From positions 512,001 to 576,000 of the forward strand of contig CAVSGI010000010.1 of NCBI GenBank assembly GCA_963727445.1: a DNA stretch of 64,000 nt, written 5' to 3'. The notes under the pieces are model-generated. The model had not been told where the DNA came from and did no database searches. It saw nothing but the letters and a program-made list of their open reading frames with translations. This DNA comes from an uncultured delta proteobacterium (lineage in GTDB: Bacteria; Myxococcota_A; Polyangia; Polyangiales; B10-G4). The position numbers and the translations under genes were made by a program. Shown here piece by piece: positions 42,904 through 53,169 of the stretch; position 1 is the stretch's first letter, and the number at the start of each line of letters is the position of its first letter.

Positions 42904-43272
42904 TCAGGTCGTCTGGGGCTCGCCGGCGTACTTCTTGGCGAGCTTACGGATGACGTTGATGTCGAAGGGCTTCTCGACCGAGCCTTCGACCCCGAAGCGT
43001 TCGGCGACCTCTTCGCGGCGTACGCTGGCCGTGACCAGCACCACCGGCGGGCGGGGATCGCCGAGGACGCGGAGGAACTCCTCGCCATCGAGCGAGGGCA
43101 TCATCAGATCCACGAAGAGAAGGATGGGGCGATTCAGCTCGTACTCCCGGATGGCCTCCATCCCGTTCTTGGCGGTCACCACCTCGTGACCGTCGTGCTC
43201 GAGCGCCTTCTTCAGCATCGAGCAGAGGTCGGGATCATCGTCGATGACCAGGATCTTCTTCCGTGGGGGCAT
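42904..43272 (-). CDS. Single-domain response regulator
   Basis: ILVIDDD, VDLMMPSLDG, VTA, KPF. Confidence 0.9.
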   Translation of the reverse strand: MPPRKKILVIDDDPDLCSMLKKALEHDGHEVVTAKNGMEAIREYELNRPILLFVDLMMPSLDGEEFLRVLGDPRPPVVLVTASVRREEVAERFGVEGSVEKPFDINVIRKLAKKYAGEPQTT

Positions 43273-43322
43273 CCGGGAGCCATCCTACCCGACACCCACC
43301 CACCTCGTCGATTGGTCAGCGC

Positions 43323-44126
43323 CTACACCACCGCGCTGGCGGCGAGCTCGAGAAGCGCCCGCGCCAGGAAAACGCGAACGCTGGGCGATTGGATGTCCAC
43401 CGCCCAGGTGACCCGGTGGGGGGTGGTCGAATCCCGGACCTGCGAGACGGCGATCAAAACGCCCACGATCGCCCCGTTCTGGTTGAAGACCGGGCCCCCG
43501 CTGTCACCCCGTGTGGCGGCGGCGCCGTAGGGGCTGCCGCCCACGTCGCTGGGCCCGCTCTCGAAGTAGAGGAGGCCTCTTCCCTGTTCTGCACGCGCGA
43601 CCGAGTTCTCGACGCCGCTGGCGCTCGTCGTGTTGCCCGGCATGTAGCGATCGCTGCCGACGCGTTTGATCAAGGGCTCGCTCACGCGGCTGGTGCGGCT
43701 GTCGCCGAAGCCGACGAAGGTCACCTCCTCACCTCGGCGCATCGCGTGGGAGGAGATGCGCGAGACCGGCGCGATGGGGCCGCCGGAGGCGAAGGAGACC
43801 AGGGCCACGTCGGTCGGATCGGGCGCGGTGCTCTGCTCGGGGTGGTACGCGGGATGGACCACGAAGCGATCGACGCGGTGCCCTTCGCCGTCCACCGTGA
43901 CCCGCATCGCTTCGGGGGTGAGGTTTTCGAGGCAGTGGGCCGCGGTGAGGGCCACGTGTGGCAGGACCAGCGTCCCGGTGCAGTACCGTCCGTCGTCGGC
44001 GCTCAGGAGCACCACCGATTCGTGACCCACGGTCGTGACGCGACAGGCCGCCTGATGGTCACCGGTCGGGGGGACCAGACAAATGAGGGCAGAGCACGCC
44101 ACCAAACTGCGGAGCTGCGCTTTCAA
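43323..44126 (-). CDS. Trypsin-like (S1) serine protease
   Basis: CTGTLV, LTAAHC, DVAL, GDSGGP. Confidence 0.85.
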   Translation of the reverse strand: MKAQLRSLVACSALICLVPPTGDHQAACRVTTVGHESVVLLSADDGRYCTGTLVLPHVALTAAHCLENLTPEAMRVTVDGEGHRVDRFVVHPAYHPEQSTAPDPTDVALVSFASGGPIAPVSRISSHAMRRGEEVTFVGFGDSRTSRVSEPLIKRVGSDRYMPGNTTSASGVENSVARAEQGRGLLYFESGPSDVGGSPYGAAATRGDSGGPVFNQNGAIVGVLIAVSQVRDSTTPHRVTWAVDIQSPSVRVFLARALLELAASAVV

Positions 44127-44195
44127 CGCACTTCAATTCTGGCGCATTTTTCCGCCGTGGCAAGGCGTCGGGGCCTCGGCGCTGTGGAAAAAGCG

Positions 44196-44615
44196 TCAGA
44201 GCGGCTCGGGCATCAGTGGCACGATGTCCGGATCCTCGATGTCGTCCATCTTGGGGAGGGCCAGATCCTCCTCCGCCGAGATGGAAGTGACCCCGAAGAG
44301 GGTCTCCCGGAGCGCGTCCTCGGTGGCGGCCGACCAGTGGTCGAACTCGACGCCCATCCGAACCACCGAGCCCACGGAGCGGTCGAGGCGCACGATGTGC
44401 CCATCGACCTCCACGGGGGGCCGCCCCTCGAGGAAGAGCAGGACGGTCACCATGTCTCCCTGGAGCGCCGCCACGTCACCCGTGAGGAGCGCTCCATTCG
44501 GAGAGAGGTTGTCCACCGCGTACATGCCGAGCTCGATCCCCTCCAGAAAGAGAATCGCGGAGCTCGGGACTTCGAGGCGCGCGTCTCGTCGCCGTTCCCG
44601 CGTCGTATCGATCAT
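44196..44615 (-). CDS. PilZ-domain protein
   Basis: ERRRDAR and NLSPNGA motifs; GHIVR...MGVEF. Confidence 0.8.
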   Translation of the reverse strand: MIDTTRERRRDARLEVPSSAILFLEGIELGMYAVDNLSPNGALLTGDVAALQGDMVTVLLFLEGRPPVEVDGHIVRLDRSVGSVVRMGVEFDHWSAATEDALRETLFGVTSISAEEDLALPKMDDIEDPDIVPLMPEPL

Positions 44616-44728
44616 CACCCTTCCCTCCCGTTTGGGGGTCCCTCGAAAAAGCAAACGACAAGGAGGGGCGGATGCCCGATGTCTCCATCGTACCCAAAAC
44701 CCGTTTCCACGAAAGTGGGCCTTTGGTG

Positions 44729-45619
44729 CTATGATTCGCGCCCGTCGCCGAGCGCCGCTTCGCCGACGACGGCGCGCGTGAAGCCAGCCACCTCCTCTCG
44801 TGAAGCCGCGTGGGCCCGGAGGGCAGCGCTGAGCGCCTCGAGCGCCGGCCGCGTCGCGGGCTCTGCGGCGATGGCTTCGCCGAGGAGCGGGGCGAGCGCG
44901 ACGTCGGGGACGGGCGCCGGCGCGCCTGCGGGCGCGAGGATCCCACCGCGACGCGCGAGTACGCGTGCGAGACGATGTCCTTCGGGGATGACCGGTCGGC
45001 CGTTGGCGAGGAGCAGCACCAGCGACGCGACGCCGAAGGTATCGGCGCGCGCGTCGATCTCGCCACCCGCAAACCGCTCGGGTGGTGCGTGCGCGACCTC
45101 GCGATCCGCCTGCCGCCCTTCGGTGCGGTGTGCGAAGGCCTCCACTTCGGGAAGGCCCACGGAGAGCACGTGGATCGAACCGTCGCGCCCGAGGAGCACG
45201 TGTGACGGCGAGAGGCGGCGCGCGATCGATCCTGCGCCGTGAGCGGCGAGCGCAGCGTCGGCGACCGCGTGGCCGATGGCGGCGGCGACTCGAAAGCTCG
45301 CGCTCCCCGTCGTCGCGACCGCCTTCGCCACGTCGACGCCTTCGATGTATGCGCGCTCCGCGCTGAGCCATCCGTCGACCACGTCCACCGAGCGATAGGT
45401 GACGACAGCCGGGTGAACGACCGCGGCCGCGACCGCACGCGCCGCATCGGCCCAGCGCTCGACCTGTAGAGCGAGCTCGCCGCCGGCTTCCGCGACCTTC
45501 ACTGCGCTCGCCGCTCCCGTCCGTGCCCGCGCCTCCACCGTGTCGGACCAGGGGCCTCGATGGATGAAGCGCACCGGGGCCCGTTCGGCCCAGAGGGGTC
45601 CTGGAAAAGCGCTCTCCAC
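44729..45619 (-). CDS. Degenerate protein-kinase-like protein (pseudokinase)
   Basis: Kinase scaffold AVK, HPAVV, APPER, DARADTFGV; HRD replaced by ARR and DFG by SVG. Confidence 0.65.
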   Translation of the reverse strand: MESAFPGPLWAERAPVRFIHRGPWSDTVEARARTGAASAVKVAEAGGELALQVERWADAARAVAAAVVHPAVVTYRSVDVVDGWLSAERAYIEGVDVAKAVATTGSASFRVAAAIGHAVADAALAAHGAGSIARRLSPSHVLLGRDGSIHVLSVGLPEVEAFAHRTEGRQADREVAHAPPERFAGGEIDARADTFGVASLVLLLANGRPVIPEGHRLARVLARRGGILAPAGAPAPVPDVALAPLLGEAIAAEPATRPALEALSAALRAHAASREEVAGFTRAVVGEAALGDGRES

Positions 45620-45694
45620 GGCCCAGGAGTATGCGCGAGCGTGGGGCTCCCGTCACTGTATGGCCCGAGGGCGAGAGGGGACTACCTTACCGGT

Positions 45695-46519
45695 ATGAGC
45701 GAGCGCCCGATCACCACCACGGTCCTGATGTGTCACGCCCCCATCGTCGTGCCCGGGATCGCCAGTGCGGGTCGCGCGGCTCCCTCCGCCGCCTCCACCG
45801 AGGCCATGCGACAGGCCGGCGAGGCCGTCGCCCGGACCCAGCCCGACGCCGTCGTGATCGTTTCCCCGCACGCGCCCCGCGATCGTCACGGATTCCTCGT
45901 CGCCTCCGACGCCGAGACCCGCGGAGACTTCGGGCGCTTCGGCGTGCCCGAGATCGGCGCGGCGCTCCCCGGCTCTCCCGAACGCGCGGCGCTCATCGCT
46001 GCCGAAGCCGAGGCGCTCGGTCTTCGCGTTGCCACGACGCGACTCGGCGCGGTGGACCACGGCACCCTGGTGCCACTGTGGTTCCTGGCCGAAGCAGGCT
46101 ACCGAGGTCCGACCGTCCGCTTCGCGCTCCCCGCGTTCACCGATCACCAGGCATGCGAGACCATGGGGCGCGCGGTCGCTGCCGCGGCGCGCGCTTCGGG
46201 CGAGCGCTGGGCCTTCATCGCGTCGGGCGACATGAGCCATCGCCTGCTGCCCGATGCGCCCGCCGGGTACGCACCCGAGGCGCGCGGCTTCGATGCCGCG
46301 GTGGTGGAGGCGGTCGACGCGGGAGACCTCGCCGCGATCCGGCGCATCGATCCGGCGCTCCGCGAGCTCGCCGCCGAAGACGTGGTCGACTCTCTCGACG
46401 TGGCCCTCGGCGTCATCGGCACGCCTTCGCCGAGCCATCGCACGCTCTCGTACGAGGGTCCCTACGGTGTCGGTTATCTGATCGCCGTCCTCGACGCCGC
46501 CGACGCCGCGGCCGAGTGA
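45695..46519 (+). CDS. LigB/MEMO1-like (class III extradiol dioxygenase fold) protein
   Basis: CHAP, IVSPH, DHGTLVPLWFL, IASGDMSH, SYEGPYGVGY. Confidence 0.75.
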   Translation: MSERPITTTVLMCHAPIVVPGIASAGRAAPSAASTEAMRQAGEAVARTQPDAVVIVSPHAPRDRHGFLVASDAETRGDFGRFGVPEIGAALPGSPERAALIAAEAEALGLRVATTRLGAVDHGTLVPLWFLAEAGYRGPTVRFALPAFTDHQACETMGRAVAAAARASGERWAFIASGDMSHRLLPDAPAGYAPEARGFDAAVVEAVDAGDLAAIRRIDPALRELAAEDVVDSLDVALGVIGTPSPSHRTLSYEGPYGVGYLIAVLDAADAAAE

Positions 46520-46566
46520 ACCCCGCACCACACCTGTATCGCGGCTTCACGAAAGCGCGCTGAAAC

Positions 46567-46592
46567 GCCCCGAAAAGCCCCGAAAAGCCCCG
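46567..46592 (+). repeat. 10-bp direct repeat x2.6 upstream of promoter
   Basis: gccccgaaaa gccccgaaaa gccccg. Confidence 0.6.
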
Positions 46593-46601
46593 GTTTCCGC
46601 G

Positions 46602-46616
46602 AGGCATGGGCCTTGC
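46602..46616 (+). promoter_or_regulatory. Putative sigma54 -24/-12 promoter
   Basis: AGGCATGGGCCTTGC = GG-N10-GC with TTGC; ATG 46630 lies 14 nt after the conserved C. Confidence 0.55.
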
Positions 46617-46629
46617 GAAGCCTTCGGGC

Positions 46630-47352
46630 ATGCGCGCGCTACTCCTCGCACTGACCGCGGCCCTGGCCTTTCCCGCGCTGGCCCTGGCCCAACCGGAAGC
46701 CGCGCCCTCGGCGCTGACCGTGGTGAACGAGACGCGGCCCGCACAGACGACCGCGACTCCCCAAGCACAGCCCACGCAGGCGACGGCCACTGCAGAAGCA
46801 CAGCCCCTCGAAACGCCCACCCAGATCGATACGGGGACGCACTTCATCCTCGAGATGAACGTCGGCTCGAGCTTCGCCGGCAGCGTCGGCTTCGCTGGCA
46901 GCCTGATCGTCGGCGCCGGCGGCAAGCTCAAAGGCTTCCCTCCCATCTTCTATCTCATCGCCGAAGGCGGCTATCAGCGCGGCGGCAGCGACGGCCGCCT
47001 GGTGGGCGGTAACTACCAGGACGGCCGCGACTACGCCGACTTCTCCCTCGGCCTTCGCACATACGTTCCGATCCTGCGGGACATCCGGTTGTTCCTCGAT
47101 CTCCTGCCGGGCGCCACCAACGCGACCTCCACGCTGTCGCGTGACGGCTTCGCCGATCTGCGCAGCAACGGCTGGTACGCCCACTTCGTTCTGGGCGTGG
47201 GCGTGCAGGTGCGCATCTTCCACGAGCTCTCGGCAGGCGTGCGCGCCAAGATGCTCTTCACCGACGACGGGCTGGGCGATCTCCGACAAGCGTTGGGGAT
47301 CGACACGACGATCCCCATCGTCCTCTCGGGCTCCATCACGTGGCACCTCTGA
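46630..47352 (+). CDS. Putative small outer-membrane beta-barrel protein
   Basis: Signal peptide ending ALA-Q; amphipathic beta strands; C-terminal SGSITWHL. Confidence 0.65.
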   Translation: MRALLLALTAALAFPALALAQPEAAPSALTVVNETRPAQTTATPQAQPTQATATAEAQPLETPTQIDTGTHFILEMNVGSSFAGSVGFAGSLIVGAGGKLKGFPPIFYLIAEGGYQRGGSDGRLVGGNYQDGRDYADFSLGLRTYVPILRDIRLFLDLLPGATNATSTLSRDGFADLRSNGWYAHFVLGVGVQVRIFHELSAGVRAKMLFTDDGLGDLRQALGIDTTIPIVLSGSITWHL

Positions 47353-48320
47353 TGCGGCGCTTCGCTCTGCTCCTGCTGGTCGCGCTCGGCGCCTCGTGCA
47401 ACGGGGACAGCGAAGTCGGCACGATCGAAATCGACCTCTTCGATGCTCCCGTTTCCTGCGACGAGGGGGCCGACTGTCTCGACGAGTGGGGGGAGACCGC
47501 GGCGGAGGAACCCCTCCATGGGTTCGCCTTCGTCTCCACCGAGACCAGCGCGTATCAGCCCAACGGGCTCTACGTGTACTTCGAGGTGGCGAGGCCCGAC
47601 GGGGCCGTGGGTCGAGGCGAGCTCGACGTTCCGCTCCGTGGGGACGCCGAGATCCAGGTGAGCTACGAGGAGCGAACCGGGGATGAGGTCACCTTCGTCG
47701 CCGAGGAGGCGGTGGGGATCGTGGAGGTGCCGGAGGAAGCGTACGGCGAGAGCTGTGAGTGCCTCGATGGGCGCCTCGAGCTCGTGCTCCGCAGCGCCGA
47801 GGGAGAGGAACGACGCTTGAGCCGCGGCCGCTTCGGGTGGGGTGATCAACCCTGTGTGAGCCGCGCGCGTTTCACCCATCTGGGGGAGGAGCTCACGGTC
47901 CTGCCACGCAGTTGCGGGGTGGACCCTGCGCCGTCGACGCCGCGCTACGATCCACCGCCCAGCACCGGCGACACCTATTACACACCGCCGGCGAGCTACG
48001 GCAGCGGCTGTGACACCTCGGGCTGCAACAGCTCGTCTTCGAGCTCCGCGAGCTGTAACGGCAGCGGCGGCGGCTGCGGCGGCAGCGGTGGCGGAGGCGG
48101 CTGCAACGGCGGGGGAAGCGGCGGCGGCTGTGAAGGCGACACCGGCGGCGCCGGCGGATGCTCGGGGGACACCGGCGGGGCCGGCGGCTGCGCGGGTGAC
48201 TCGGGGGGCTGCCGCGTCGTCCGCGGTCCCAGGCGGGTCGGACCGCAGGGGCCGCTTCAGACGGGTCTGCTCGTCGCCCTCGCGCTCTTGTGGTCGCTCC
48301 GCCCGCGACGGCATCGCTGA
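47352..48320 (+). CDS. Lipoprotein with Gly/Ser/Cys-rich tail and MYXO-CTERM-like anchor
   Basis: LGASC lipobox; TGATG overlap; repeated GGC; hydrophobic segment + RPRRHR. Confidence 0.7.
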   Translation: MRRFALLLLVALGASCNGDSEVGTIEIDLFDAPVSCDEGADCLDEWGETAAEEPLHGFAFVSTETSAYQPNGLYVYFEVARPDGAVGRGELDVPLRGDAEIQVSYEERTGDEVTFVAEEAVGIVEVPEEAYGESCECLDGRLELVLRSAEGEERRLSRGRFGWGDQPCVSRARFTHLGEELTVLPRSCGVDPAPSTPRYDPPPSTGDTYYTPPASYGSGCDTSGCNSSSSSSASCNGSGGGCGGSGGGGGCNGGGSGGGCEGDTGGAGGCSGDTGGAGGCAGDSGGCRVVRGPRRVGPQGPLQTGLLVALALLWSLRPRRHR

Positions 48321-48321
48321 C

Positions 48322-50191
48322 TCAGGGAGGGCAGCCGAAGCTGGTGAACCAGAGGTTCTCGTCGCCGCCCTGGCGGTCGACGTAGGCGATCCCCAGTCGA
48401 CTGTTGCCCCAGGCGGGAGAAGGCCAGAATTCCTCGTCGGGGATCACGATCTCGGTGGGGGCCTGAAGCGGCGTGCCGTCGGGCGCGAAGCGCGCGAAGA
48501 AGAGGTCCCGTTCCCCCGTGTTCAGCTCGGTGCGGAAGACGAGCAAGACCTGTCCAGGCGCCGCGGCGAGCTGCGGCCGAAGGTCGCTGGTGCGGTCGCG
48601 CATCATCGGCACCGTGAGCGGCGCCGGCGCGCCGGGTGCCACGCCCCGGTCGTCGAGGACGAGGGTCTGAACGGCGCGGCCGTCGTTGTCGTCCCAGGCG
48701 CCGAAGAAGCCGGTCTCGGTCCCGACCATGGAGGGATCGCGGATGTTGCCGCTGCCCGAGTAGACCGTGGGGGTCGGCGTCACGAACGTGCCCGGCGTTC
48801 CGATGTTGAAGAGTAGATCCCGGTTGTCGGCGAAGAGGAAGGCGTAGCTCGTTCCGTCGTGGACCATGTCGAAGCCCTCGACGTTGTTGCTGTCCACCGA
48901 GACGCGTCCGTCGAGGACGGTGCCGGCCGCGTCGGCGTGGTGCAGGTAGACGTCGTTGTCGATGTAGGCGATGCCGAACTCGGAGCCGCTCCAGGTGACC
49001 CGCGGGTTGGGCGAGTTGCTCGCGTTGGATTCCAGCTCAACGATTGCGGAGAGCGTCGTCCCCGCGAGGTCGAGGGTCGTGAAGCGCACCCGGCGCTCGA
49101 CCCGCGTGCAGCAGCTGCCACAGCTGACGTTGTCGGGATCGAAATAGGTCAGGCCGAGGACCTCGCCGGTCCACGCGAGGCGAGGCTCCTGGGCGTCCGG
49201 GTCGATCTCCACCGGCGTCGAGTCGCCGGGATCGCCGGTCTCGTCCACGTAGATGACGGACACGCCTCGCTGGGCAAAGCGGGTGCGGTCGCTGAATGCG
49301 ATGGCGAAGCGGTCGTCCGTGAAGACCATGTGAGGCTCGTCCGCGCTGCCCGACGTGGTGAGCTGATGGCGCATGCCTTCGACGTAGTCGAACCCTTCGT
49401 CGGTCAACCCGTCGCAGTCGGTGTCGGCGCCGGAGCAGAATCTCCTCGGCGATGCAGGTGCTCCAGAGCCCGCCGCTGCACATCCGCGTGCCGGTGGAGC
49501 CGCAGCGGGTCGGGCAGTCCTCGACGACACCTTCCGGGGTGCAGGCGCAGTCCTCGTCGCGCGCGCCATCGCAGTCGTTGTCAATCATGTCGCACTCCTC
49601 GACGTTGCCGAGATAGGAGAGCGCTTCGCTGTCGTCGCAGTCGGTGCCCCCGCAAGCCTCCGCCCCCTGACCGTCGCCGTCCGCGTCCCAGGGGTTCGCG
49701 ACGCAGGGATCGTCGAGGTTGGTGGGCTCCACGTCCCCTTCCACCCACGGGGGAAGGTCTTCGCCGGCGACGTCCACCGGCGCGCATCCCATCAGGCCGC
49801 AAGTCATCCCATCACAGGGGCGGTCGATGCATCCTCGGAGCAGGTAGAGCCGAACCATCTTCAATCGCCCTTCGACGAGGCTGGTGCGCACTTCCGTCCG
49901 CACCACCTCCTCATCGGAGAGCAGCCCCCGCGCCACCACCGTCACCGGTCCGAGGGACTCGCCCGCCGGCAGCACGGTGACCGTGAGCGGGAAGGCGGGT
50001 TCCCCGGGGCCGTTGAGCGCCTGTGCCGTCGAGTTGCTGATGCCCGACGGCCCGGTGACGATCACCTCCACCTCGTCGATCTCGCTCGGCGGCGTCAGGT
50101 TGGTCTCGACCACCACGACCAGCTGGGTCGCTTCGCCCGCGCAGCTCGAAGCGAGGACGAGCAGCGCGAGGGCTGTGGCGCGCTTCGTCAT
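48322..50191 (-). CDS. Lipoprotein with putative metal-binding (DCDD/E-x-C-D-x-x-DNDCDG) repeats and C-terminal repeat domain; +1 frameshift near 49440
   Basis: ASSC lipobox; DCDDS...EECDMIDNDCDG; removing one base restores EEICSGADTDCDGLTDE. Confidence 0.75.
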
Positions 50192-50980
50192 TGAAAGAGC
50201 AAGCTCCCGGCTCCGAGCGTCCCCATGTGTGGCGAGCCGCTCGCGTTCGCGCTCACGACCAGGATGGGGACGAGGATCGCGGCGACCACTACGATACCGA
50301 TCCCGGTCCACAGCCAGGGCGAGCTCCAGATCGCGCTCCCTTCCTCACCGTCGACCTCGGGCGCGGGGGCGACCAGGGGGTTGTCGGGCTCCGGCGCGGG
50401 GCGAGTGGTGGCGGCGACCTCGACCCGTTCCTCCTGCCCTTCGTCCACCTCGAAGCGCGCTTCGCCGATCGGTGCTCCACTTCTGGCGACGGTCACCACA
50501 TGCGCTCCGGGGTCGACGGGGAGGGCCACGCCCAGCGAGCCATGGCCCAGGACCTGCTCGTCCAACCAGACCTCGTCTTCGTCCTCGAGCCCGTCCACGG
50601 CGATCGTCACTCGGGCGAGGCGTGTCTCCACCTCGGCCAGCGCCTCCTCGGCCTGGCTCACCAGCACGGCTGGGGCACCCCCAGGCTCGGCCACGAAGCG
50701 TCGATAGCTCCCGGCCGCTTCGAGGAGCTGCCCCGTCTCGGCCTGCGCGGCCGCCAGGTTCAAGAGCGTGCTGCTGCGGGCAACGATGCGATAGGAGCGC
50801 GCGAAGAGCTCCCGCGCCTCCTCCCACTGCTCCTGCCGCGCGGCGTCGAGGCCCTGTTCGAAGAGAATCCCGCGCCGCTGCCATCTCCGAAGGGGCCGCC
50901 TGCTGCGCCGCCGCGACGCCTGGCGCTCCGAGGGCCAGGACCGAGAGCAGGTAGATCGCGAAAGAAGAGGGTGCGGGCAT
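50188..50980 (-). CDS. TPR + PEGA-like membrane protein; +1 frameshift near 50867
   Basis: Signal peptide; repaired ARDLFEQG...LLNLA...YRRF; VDPGAHVV; WSSPWLWTGIG TM. Confidence 0.8.
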
Positions 50981-51057
50981 GTGGGAGAATTAATAGTACC
51001 AAAGGAGAGGGCCGCTTTCGTCCGGGTTTGAGGGACGGGTAGCCTCCGGCGTCGGGC

Positions 51058-52716
51058 GTGTTCGAAGCAGGCGACAGGGTTGGTGATTACGAGATCGTCG
51101 CGAAGCTCAAGTCGGGCGGCATGGCGACGCTCTTTCTGGCCCGGCGCCTGGGCGCGGCCGGCTTCGCCAAGCACGTGGCGATCAAGGTGGTCCACGAGCA
51201 CCTGGTCGAGGATCCCACGTTCGTCCGGATGTTCGTGGACGAAGCTCTGCTCTCGGCGCGCATCACCCACCCCAACGTGGTGCACGTCGAGGAGCTGAGA
51301 GAGCGGGACGGGCGGCACTTCCTGGTCATGGAGTACGTCCGTGGCGTCTCCCTCTGGCAGCTCCTGGCGACGCTGGCCAAACGTGGAAGGCGAATGACGC
51401 CGGAGGTCGCGGTGCACATCGCGGTCAAGGTCGCCGACGGGCTTCACGCGGCGCACGAGACGCGGGGCGGGCGCGGCGAGCTCCTGGGGGTGGTGCACCG
51501 AGACGTCAGCCCGCAGAACGTCCTGCTCTCCTATCAAGGGAACGTGAAGCTGATCGACTTCGGCGTCGCCAAGGCGCGGGGGCGAATGCAGGAGACGAGC
51601 GGCGGAGGCATCAAGGGCAAGTTCCGGTACATGAGCCCGGAGCAGGCGTGGGGGCGTTCGGTCGATCGGCGCGCGGACGTTCACGCCCTCGGCGTGGTGC
51701 TCTGGGAGATGCTCACCATGCGTCGCCGTTTCGAGACGCAGGACGACGCGTTGGTCCTCGAGCTGGTGCGCGACCCCGAGCCGGTCCGCCCCAGTGAGCT
51801 CGCGGAAGGGATCGACCCCGCGCTCGACGCGGTGGTGATGAAGGCGCAGGCGACGCGTCCCGAGGAGCGATACCAGACGGCCGCGGAGCTCCGCGCGGCG
51901 CTGCTCGCGGCGGTGCCTCGAGCGGCGATCCTGCACGAGTCGCAGCTCGGTTCGCTCCTCTGTCAGGTGATGGCGCAGCACATCGAGAAGGAAGCGGCGC
52001 GGCTGCCGGAGAGCGTCGGCGGGCTCACGTTGCGGCACGAGGGTGACGAGGCGCTGGCAGCGGAAGACCTCGACACCATGACGATCAGCGACGTGGACAT
52101 CCGCGACGCGGCCCCGGTGACCGAGCCCTCGGAGCCCTCGGGGCCCTCGACCGGCGGCGCGCGCACCTCGCGCAGGCCACAGGCCAGGCAGAGCGTGCCG
52201 CCCGCGACGCCTGCAACACCCGAGACGCCCGCGACTCCAGCAACCCCAGCGACGCCCGCGACTCCTGCCACCCCCGCGACGCCGGCGACGCCCTCGATGC
52301 CGCCCGTCAGCGCGCGGCCAGCGACGAGCAACACGCTGATGATCGTCGCCGTCACGGCGGCGATGATCGCGGCGGGGCTCTTCGGTGTCGTCGTGGTCCT
52401 GGGCGCGCACCTGGCGAACGAGGACGGCGCCGAGACCGTGGTGCGGCCCAGCTCGGCCGGCACTTCGGCGCCCCCGCTCTCGTCGACCGCCCCGATCACC
52501 GCGGTCGTCGATCCGCCGGACGCCGCGGCCGATGCCTCCGACGCGGCGCCGGATGCCGAGGTCGCCGCCGCGACCCCCGAGCCCGCGGTCGAGACCCCCT
52601 CCGATGGGCCCACGCACCGCCGCCGGTCGTCCGCCGAAGGGATGGACCAGAGCCAGAGGGTCGGCGAGGCGCCGAGCCCCATGCGCCGCCGTGTCCTGAT
52701 CACCGACAGCTTCTGA
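51058..52716 (+). CDS. Membrane Ser/Thr protein kinase
   Basis: GGMATLF, VAIK, HRDVSPQN, DFG, GKFRYMSPEQ; PAT repeats; TM. Confidence 0.9.
   Translation: MFEAGDRVGDYEIVAKLKSGGMATLFLARRLGAAGFAKHVAIKVVHEHLVEDPTFVRMFVDEALLSARITHPNVVHVEELRERDGRHFLVMEYVRGVSLWQLLATLAKRGRRMTPEVAVHIAVKVADGLHAAHETRGGRGELLGVVHRDVSPQNVLLSYQGNVKLIDFGVAKARGRMQETSGGGIKGKFRYMSPEQAWGRSVDRRADVHALGVVLWEMLTMRRRFETQDDALVLELVRDPEPVRPSELAEGIDPALDAVVMKAQATRPEERYQTAAELRAALLAAVPRAAILHESQLGSLLCQVMAQHIEKEAARLPESVGGLTLRHEGDEALAAEDLDTMTISDVDIRDAAPVTEPSEPSGPSTGGARTSRRPQARQSVPPATPATPETPATPATPATPATPATPATPATPSMPPVSARPATSNTLMIVAVTAAMIAAGLFGVVVVLGAHLANEDGAETVVRPSSAGTSAPPLSSTAPITAVVDPPDAAADASDAAPDAEVAAATPEPAVETPSDGPTHRRRSSAEGMDQSQRVGEAPSPMRRRVLITDSF
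52201..52293 (+). repeat. About 10 x Pro-Ala-Thr coding repeat
   Basis: PATPATPETPAT... with varied synonymous codons. Confidence 0.8.
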
Positions 52717-52721
52717 AGCGC

Positions 52722-53138
52722 TCAGACGCGTCCGCGCGCAGCCTCGAGGATGTCGATGTAGCTGAGCATCCCCACGAGGGCCCCCTCGTCGTCGACCACC
52801 AGGAGCGCGCCCACGCGCTCGTTCACCAGGAGATCGATGGCCTCGTCGATCCCGGCGCCCGGCGCGATGGTGATCGGGGTGCCGGAGACCAGACCCATGA
52901 CAGGCATGGCCAAGACGGGCGCGCCCCCGTCCGGGTTCTCCACATCGTTCGCCAGGAGCCCCTCGACCCGGCGCAGGTCGCGATCGCTGAGGACGCCCAC
53001 CACGCCCTCATCGTCCATGATCGGCAGGTGGCGGCACTCGTACTCGGTGAAAGCGCTCATGGCATCGCCGACGGTGGCGTCGCGACCGAGGGTCACGACC
53101 TCGGTCGACATCAGATCCTCTACGCGCTTGTGGCTCAC
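52722..53138 (-). CDS. CBS-domain pair protein
   Basis: VEDLMS, RHLPI...GVLSDRDL, GALLVVD...GMLSYIDIL. Confidence 0.9.
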   Translation of the reverse strand: MSHKRVEDLMSTEVVTLGRDATVGDAMSAFTEYECRHLPIMDDEGVVGVLSDRDLRRVEGLLANDVENPDGGAPVLAMPVMGLVSGTPITIAPGAGIDEAIDLLVNERVGALLVVDDEGALVGMLSYIDILEAARGRV

Positions 53139-53169
53139 GGGGGCACGATACGCCTCGCGCCCCCGCGCG

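Noticed and set aside
45695..46519. Complete AmmeMemoRadiSam system or aromatic catabolic cluster
   Set aside because: No AMMECR1, radical SAM or ring-cleavage pathway partners are adjacent
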